From the IMG/VR virus record IMGVR_UViG_3300033153_006865, positions 1,035 through 65,034 of that record: a stretch of DNA of 64,000 nt. The stretch is one strand, 5' to 3'. This stretch comes from a virus. Taxonomy: Duplodnaviria > Heunggongvirae > Uroviricota > Caudoviricetes. The position numbers and the translations under genes are program-made. Shown here piece after piece: positions 58,349 through 64,000 of this stretch. A model generated the notes under the pieces. It was given only the letters and a program-made list of their open reading frames with translations. It did not search any database and had not been told where the DNA came from. Each line of letters begins with the position of its first letter. Position 1 is the first letter of the stretch.

Positions 58349-58387
58349 ATAAACAAAGAAATCCCCGAGAAACTTTCCCGAGGATTT
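58349..58387. repeat. terminator cassette, copy C
   Basis: ataaacaaagaaatccccgagaaactttcccgaggattt. Confidence 0.55.
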
Positions 58388-58581
58388 AAGTCAATTCTAA
58401 AAGTCCTATGAAAGGTCATTAGAATTATGTGTGGTAACAGCTATGTTGGAGTGTGAGTTTGAGCTTTGCCTCTAATGGGCCGCAATTCTAATTAATCCAA
58501 CTCTTCTACTGTTCAACCACGGATCAAATGTAGTTATAATTTATTTAATCTCCAAATTTCATATGAAGATTACCAATACTA

Positions 58582-59382
58582 TTAACCTTTTGGTACTTCT
58601 CTTTCCATGACAAGCTGTCTACAAGCTGCGTAGAAACCACATCCTGGAGTTTCCCCAGCCATATTTGAAATATCATCAATGCTCAACAATCTTTTATAGG
58701 TTAATGAAACTTCGAATGCTGCATCATAACTAGCAAAGTTTAAAATATCCCCTGGTGTACCAGGGGACTCTGAATCTACAATTTCTCCTACCTTTACACC
58801 ACTTGTGTATACTACGAAATACTCATCATCTTCATAAATAGATTTTCCATCCTCAGTTATAAGTATGGGATCCTTTTCCTCTGGTTGACTCTCTTTTTCA
58901 GAGGCTTCAACGAGGGCTATAATATCCCCCTCTAAAAACTTGAATCCTGCAACTATACAATCATTTTCGTGCACAATTATACTGTCTCCCACGCTTAATA
59001 TAAAATCAGTGGAATCTTCCACAGCTGTGATTTCGTATCTGTCCGACCCAAAAAACTCCTCTTCGCCATCCATAATTCGAACAAGGTTTAGATCCGAAGT
59101 CATGTAGATATTGAAAGCTACTAATGTATATTCTATTTTTAAAATTTTGTCGATAAAAGAGTATACCTTGTCTATAGTAACCTCATCACATTCATCACAT
59201 TTAGATATCGGCCCTTCTTTTACAGCGTGTTGAGGTTCTCCCCCACCGTAAATACCCAACCTCTTCATTAATTCAGAAGGACTGTTAAATACTGCCATTA
59301 AGGACTCAGTATCAGAGTTTAATAGGTGTGATAAACGACTCTTTAGTATGTCGGCTTTCAGTTCAATTTTTTCTTTTTCCAT
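58582..59382 (-). CDS. hypothetical protein
   Basis: 266-aa ORF. Confidence 0.5.
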   Translation of the reverse strand: MEKEKIELKADILKSRLSHLLNSDTESLMAVFNSPSELMKRLGIYGGGEPQHAVKEGPISKCDECDEVTIDKVYSFIDKILKIEYTLVAFNIYMTSDLNLVRIMDGEEEFFGSDRYEITAVEDSTDFILSVGDSIIVHENDCIVAGFKFLEGDIIALVEASEKESQPEEKDPILITEDGKSIYEDDEYFVVYTSGVKVGEIVDSESPGTPGDILNFASYDAAFEVSLTYKRLLSIDDISNMAGETPGCGFYAACRQLVMEREVPKG

Positions 59383-59393
59383 TGTCTTTGTTT

Positions 59394-60635
59394 TTAAAAT
59401 GGTGCTTCTACTACACCGGGTTTATTGTCATTACTTTGTTTACTTTCTAAATTTTCTTCTGGCTCCGGTTGTACATTATGTCCTTCCTCAAAACCATTTC
59501 CTCTTGCGGCCTCTAGCACTTTGTTATTAGGAATAACTATGGTCGTCATATCAAATTCTGGAGGACCAGTCTTTTTTGGTTTAAAAGTTGGAGCCTTTTT
59601 CTCAATCTTTGCCTCCTCAGAATAATACTGCTTGGTTATTTCATCTTCTTTTGTGAAATCAATAATATCACAGAACATCCTTGGTGCGGAAAAATCATCA
59701 TTCAATCTAATCTTTATATAATTATAATAAATCCTATTTCGTCCCTTTAAACGTACTGATTTATTATCAGTGCTATCATCAACGAAATGTTCAGATAAAT
59801 GATCATTCCTCTCACGATGTACACTAGTATACTCATCAAGTCCAACAACTTGTGGTATTACTTGGGTCATGATTAAGTCTGCAAACTGATATAAAGAATC
59901 TGTATTGTAGATATGGGATGAATTAGGTACATAACTCTTTGGGTTTGTTTTTACCTTTGCATCTATGCTGCCTCTCCAAGCCCTTTCTAATTCTCTGTTC
60001 AATTGAAAAAATATAATGAATGTAAGATTCTTGTGCTTCTTTTTCAGTTCGTTACATAGAGATAAAAACTCATCAATTTCCTTTTTAGTAAGGATTACAT
60101 GAATGTGATCTATTAGCACCACCACCTCATCTTGAGGTCCTTTTGCTATATAGTTCTCAATTAAATGTCTAAAATTCTCTCCTGTGACAACCTGGTCAAA
60201 GGTGAGTGCCCTTGGATCCATTAGGTTATTTATTGTCTGTGTCACCTTCTCCTTCTCCTCAGCATTGAATTTGTTATTGAGGATGTCTTTTATCCCCTTT
60301 CCTAGTTTCTGCTGCATCGCTCTCAAAACAGTGGACTTTAAAGTCATCTCCCAATCTAAATTCAACAGTCTTATATTAGCACCTTTATTCAAGGTTTCAT
60401 CTAGAAGACTTTTCTTTATTACAGCAGACGTATATGTCTTACCCTGACTTGGTCTGGCTCCTATAAATATCATCTGATTGGAGGCTCCTGATACTAGGGT
60501 ATTATCTAGATGCTCGATACCTAACTTCAGTAGAGGTATCTTTCCATGCTGGACATCAGCAATCTCTGCACATGCCTCAATGACTCTATTATCAGCCCCA
60601 GAAAGTATATTGTCTATTTCTTTTGTCGTTATCAT
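59394..60635 (-). CDS. DnaB-family replicative helicase (RecA-like C-terminal domain)
   Basis: GIEHLDNTL.G...QMIFIGARPSQGKT Walker A as in DnaB; Walker B VVLIDHIHVI. Confidence 0.7.
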   Translation of the reverse strand: MITTKEIDNILSGADNRVIEACAEIADVQHGKIPLLKLGIEHLDNTLVSGASNQMIFIGARPSQGKTYTSAVIKKSLLDETLNKGANIRLLNLDWEMTLKSTVLRAMQQKLGKGIKDILNNKFNAEEKEKVTQTINNLMDPRALTFDQVVTGENFRHLIENYIAKGPQDEVVVLIDHIHVILTKKEIDEFLSLCNELKKKHKNLTFIIFFQLNRELERAWRGSIDAKVKTNPKSYVPNSSHIYNTDSLYQFADLIMTQVIPQVVGLDEYTSVHRERNDHLSEHFVDDSTDNKSVRLKGRNRIYYNYIKIRLNDDFSAPRMFCDIIDFTKEDEITKQYYSEEAKIEKKAPTFKPKKTGPPEFDMTTIVIPNNKVLEAARGNGFEEGHNVQPEPEENLESKQSNDNKPGVVEAPF

Positions 60636-60652
60636 TAGTGCGAATGTAGTTA

Positions 60653-61285
60653 TTAATTTTGGTTTGTCCTAATGTTCTTCATTTTTTCATAGTCCTCTTT
60701 ATGCATCCATTTAAATCCCCCAGCTGTGCTTCTGTTGCCATTACAAACTTCTGAAATATTTGCATGGCCTATATTTGTTTGCCTGTAGGCTTCCTTCATT
60801 GAATAATATTCCTCAACAAACTCCAAGTCCAACGCTAACTGGACAATAGTCTTACTAGCCTTGTTATTGACACCACTTACCCTATCGAAATGGGATTTAT
60901 TTAGATTCTCCTTCCAAGTCTTGATTTCAATTCTTTCAAGGCTGTAGGGTTTATAGTCATCTGTCCTATCACACGATGGGGCTAGCCACCTACTGTAGTC
61001 AGACTCCACCCACTCTTTGTGGAGTCTTAGATACTTAGGCTGCTTGATAAGCCAATCAACAAGCTCCTCCTTTGTGAATTCGGGTAGGGTGTGGCCCCTT
61101 GTTTTTGAAGAACTTACCTGAGTATCGTAAATCTTTTTTGCCTTACCCGTCAAGGTCCTAATCCTGATAAACTTCACCTCGCCTGCACACTGCTTACACC
61201 AGGTATGGACACCTTCTGCATGATCTTTAGAATCATAAAAATCAGCCTTGTCCTTAGCTGCCCTACATTTTGTACATACTTTCAT
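60653..61285 (-). CDS. degenerate-HNH homing-endonuclease-like protein with N-terminal zinc finger; paralog of 42756..43280
   Basis: CTKC...CKQC; APSCDRTDDYKPY..RIEIKTWKEN; C-terminal ISEVCNGNRSTAGGFKW. Sits between the DnaB-like gene and the next gene. Confidence 0.6.
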   Translation of the reverse strand: MKVCTKCRAAKDKADFYDSKDHAEGVHTWCKQCAGEVKFIRIRTLTGKAKKIYDTQVSSSKTRGHTLPEFTKEELVDWLIKQPKYLRLHKEWVESDYSRWLAPSCDRTDDYKPYSLERIEIKTWKENLNKSHFDRVSGVNNKASKTIVQLALDLEFVEEYYSMKEAYRQTNIGHANISEVCNGNRSTAGGFKWMHKEDYEKMKNIRTNQN

Positions 61286-61287
61286 AA

Positions 61288-61863
61288 TTATTCTCCAATT
61301 TTCTCAAAACTTCTGTCAAAAAATTCCTGGTGTTTCAGGTAATACTGATAAAGCCTACATTGATCTAATGAAAATTTAGTCTGGAACACGTTCTGGGCCT
61401 TCCAAAATACATATTCTAATCTATGACTATACGCCTGTTCTCCAACATCATTTACAAATGATTGTATCAAGAAGGCAAGTTTATTTTTACTAATTCCAGT
61501 TTGGGCTCTTAGATTGGCCAAATTTATCTTTGACTGCTTCATGTTTCCAATCTGCTTATCCTCCTCTTTATACCTCTCTTTTATCCACTCGTATAATATC
61601 AAGTCTTCCTCTTCTACTTCTGCAATCTGAATATCTTCTAGAACTCGATTTCCTTTTTTGGTCAGCCTTATTTTTGTGCGCCAGTGGTCCTTTTTCTTAC
61701 CTTTTATCAGATGGATAAATTCTTCCTCTATCAATCTATTAACAATTATCTCAACAAAATGTGACTCGACTGGTTCATTCTTGTTCTGTTTAGCTAATTG
61801 AAGAGTCATGGCTTCAAAAGTAGATAAGTTTTTTGATTCAAGTAGTTTTAGATTAATATACAT
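61288..61863 (-). CDS. hypothetical protein
   Basis: 191-aa ORF. Confidence 0.45.
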   Translation of the reverse strand: MYINLKLLESKNLSTFEAMTLQLAKQNKNEPVESHFVEIIVNRLIEEEFIHLIKGKKKDHWRTKIRLTKKGNRVLEDIQIAEVEEEDLILYEWIKERYKEEDKQIGNMKQSKINLANLRAQTGISKNKLAFLIQSFVNDVGEQAYSHRLEYVFWKAQNVFQTKFSLDQCRLYQYYLKHQEFFDRSFEKIGE

Positions 61864-62215
61864 TTGGCCTTCTTAAATAAATTAATTCTCTTATACTCCT
61901 ATTATTCAAGGGGGTGTACCAAAGTATAATTCCTCCATGCTGTATACGACATACTATAGGTCTGAATCCATACAGGATCAGTAAAACGATTATTGTAAAT
62001 GCAATTCCCATTATTTATCTATTTATTAGTAATACTATGTTATCTTTGTAAATCTTTCTACTGCTACTTCGAACTCTATAAAACCCTCCTTACTCATTAG
62101 CATTGATGCCATGCCGGCAATACTCACTCTATATGAACCTTCAGCTATTTCCTTATCCAGCTTCGCTCTTAACTCTTTTTCCCAATCTTCCATTACTTAA
62201 ATATTATTAATAATG

Positions 62216-62758
62216 CTATGTTATATCTACTCCTATGTAATCAGCAAGTGCTACAAGCAACTTCGTTCTTTCTTTACATTGAGGAATTAATACTCTTAGT
62301 CTGGAGCATGACATTGCCCAAGCATTTTGAAATTCTAAATCTAGGGCATCAAACTTTAAAGAAAATAGCAACTCATCGAATCTAGTATGTTCGTCTACTG
62401 TGAGGTACACATAGTTATTCAGGTGTGCCTCTAAACTTGGGTGTCTTCCTTTGTCAAGCAAGTGGCAAACGTTTGCTCTAGTGGCATGTGAAATTCTTAT
62501 GCCTGTCTCCTCAGACATAAAACAAAGAGGTATGTGGAAATCAAAGAATACAGCTCTCCTTTCTGAACGTTCCTTGTTTTTCTTCTTAGTTTTGTCAGTG
62601 GTCTTCCTAATGGAAGTTCTTTTTTGGCTGTTCTTTTTTGATACACAGAATGTACAAACTTTCAATCCTTTATCTTCACCAGTTTTAATGGTGGTTCGAA
62701 TATTACAATCCTTGCCACATTTTTGGCAAGGAAGGGCTTTGCTTTTGATCTGTCCCAT
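62216..62758 (-). CDS. zinc-ribbon protein with possible HNH-like C-terminal region
   Basis: CQKCGKDC...CTFCV, then CH..DKG.HP....H..N...L...EH. Confidence 0.4.
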   Translation of the reverse strand: MGQIKSKALPCQKCGKDCNIRTTIKTGEDKGLKVCTFCVSKKNSQKRTSIRKTTDKTKKKNKERSERRAVFFDFHIPLCFMSEETGIRISHATRANVCHLLDKGRHPSLEAHLNNYVYLTVDEHTRFDELLFSLKFDALDLEFQNAWAMSCSRLRVLIPQCKERTKLLVALADYIGVDIT

Positions 62759-62760
62759 AA

Positions 62761-63750
62761 TTATTCCTTGTTTGAATTATAATATTGATTTAGTGCCTCG
62801 ATCCCCTCCTCTGTGGTGAAATCTCTCGATATACAATACATCTCGAATGGGCTGAAGGAATCCTTGTCATCCGTAGTAAGTGGATTAAACCCAAAAATCT
62901 TAGATACGCCTGTATCTGAATAGATATACATACTAAACAAGCTCCCAGATCCTACTCTCTTCATCCTGTAGTTTCCATTTGAATCTATGTCGTGTAATGT
63001 GAACATTCCAGTTTTTTCCACATATTCCACAACTTTTTCTGCTGTTATGTCTTCATTAAATTTCTTTAATATTGCAAAATTATTAACACCTGGCATAGGT
63101 GGTTTTGGCTTAATATATCGATAGTCCATCGAATACGCAATCATTAATAATTTATTGACCTCTTCTTTTGTAAATGAATTTAAGGCGGTTCCTTGATGTC
63201 TGCTGTAGCTTGGGTGTAAAAAAACTGCATAAGATCCTCGGCTCCGGGTTTCAATAACACACTGAACTGGCCTCCTCAAAAGCATTGCTGATGCAGTCTG
63301 GGAACTAGCCCCCAACCCTGTTATAGATTCATACCTATCCATAAGTTCCGGAATAAGTAAGGGTCTATGCATTATCTTTCTGGATTTATCCTCGTAGTCT
63401 GTTCTCAGATATACATGGAAGCCTCCAGATCTAGTTCTGTTGATTAACATCCTCTCCTTTAAATCCGGTGGTACATGAGACATATAAAGTTCCCAATCTT
63501 CTTCTGGAGTAAGAGATTTATCTAAATCAAAATCCAAGCAGATTAAATTTGAAATCTTACCAGTTATCACTACCACGCCACCTGCAGAGGAGAAATTAAC
63601 TACGGCTTCCTCATCTGTCATTAGCCTAGATTGGAACTCTTTCCACCTAATCTTTGGTAACTTGCTTCCGTCTAATGCTACCGGAATCACACTGATTCCT
63701 ATCGAGAGTAAGAATCTGGCCTCCTCTACATAGTTTGTCTTCTTTTCCAT
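62761..63750 (-). CDS. bifunctional primase-polymerase (AEP) N-terminal domain protein
   Basis: GISVIPV, ICLDFDLD (DxD), RSGGFHVYL (sGGxH). Confidence 0.7.
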   Translation of the reverse strand: MEKKTNYVEEARFLLSIGISVIPVALDGSKLPKIRWKEFQSRLMTDEEAVVNFSSAGGVVVITGKISNLICLDFDLDKSLTPEEDWELYMSHVPPDLKERMLINRTRSGGFHVYLRTDYEDKSRKIMHRPLLIPELMDRYESITGLGASSQTASAMLLRRPVQCVIETRSRGSYAVFLHPSYSRHQGTALNSFTKEEVNKLLMIAYSMDYRYIKPKPPMPGVNNFAILKKFNEDITAEKVVEYVEKTGMFTLHDIDSNGNYRMKRVGSGSLFSMYIYSDTGVSKIFGFNPLTTDDKDSFSPFEMYCISRDFTTEEGIEALNQYYNSNKE

Positions 63751-63753
63751 TCT

Positions 63754-63939
63754 CTACTTTAGTAAATACTCTCTCTTCTCTCTGGGAGAGAGTTGGTGTA
63801 TGTTCTCCTTATAATAAAATTTGTCTGACTCATACTTTTCCAATGCTGTTTGGTACGTATTTGATGCATCGACCTCACCAACCTGTGTAAAAGGAAATGA
63901 GCCAAGGCATAGTTTAGGCCCTTCTAGTCTAATATCCAC
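63754..63939 (-). CDS. hypothetical protein
   Basis: 61-aa ORF. Confidence 0.3.
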   Translation of the reverse strand: MDIRLEGPKLCLGSFPFTQVGEVDASNTYQTALEKYESDKFYYKENIHQLSPREKREYLLK

Positions 63940-64000
63940 ATCGTATCTATTGTTCGCACCTTCTGTCCGAGCACGGACTCCTGTATACCTACTAGAATTA

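Noticed and set aside
1-64000. CRISPR array, integrase/att sites, transposase/IS elements
   Set aside because: No regularly spaced direct repeats, no tyrosine/serine recombinase or DDE transposase signatures in any frame. The mobile elements present are all homing-endonuclease type.

Overview
This window reads as a stretch of a large, AT-rich, densely coding dsDNA phage genome. No integrase, CRISPR array or canonical tRNA was found.

Layout:
- 1 to 7.4 kb, + strand: nucleotide-metabolism and accessory genes, including DHFR, a Tpt1/KptA RNA 2'-phosphotransferase, a DEDDh exonuclease, a GHKL-like ATPase and a GIY-YIG-HTH endonuclease. A convergent HNH endonuclease on the - strand closes this block.
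- 7.4 to 8.8 kb: a 1.35 kb ORF-free, highly structured region. It is either an origin/early-promoter hub or a large non-coding RNA.
- 8.8 to 47 kb, + strand: about 90 mostly small genes. Those I can assign are a PP-loop (PAPS-reductase-like) enzyme, a secreted glucosaminidase, a T4-type DNA ligase, an SPFH lipoprotein, an ABC-type ATPase, an RNase-H-fold exonuclease, a RecB-family nuclease, an HD-domain (SpoT-like) hydrolase, a MazG-like protein, thymidylate synthase and a beta-class DNA methyltransferase.
- 47.5 to 64 kb, - strand: a T7-like replication module with a family A DNA polymerase, a DnaB-like helicase, an SF2 helicase, two AEP primase-polymerase-like genes and a DEDDh exonuclease.

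Striking features:
- At least 9 freestanding homing-endonuclease-like genes of five architectures, several as paralog pairs or frameshifted copies.
- A conserved 13-nt motif AATCACTATCATG whose ATG is the start codon of at least 9 genes between 10 and 21 kb.
- A D-arm-less tRNA-like element at 10515..10574.
- A four-member paralogous small-protein family.
- Four gene disruptions at homopolymer tracts (A11, G9/C9, C5, T5).
- Reiterated GGGGATTT-type terminator cassettes.

Signal peptides ending in ...SFGQ, ...SAQQ and ...CHSQ suggest a Bacteroidetes-type host. This is inference only.
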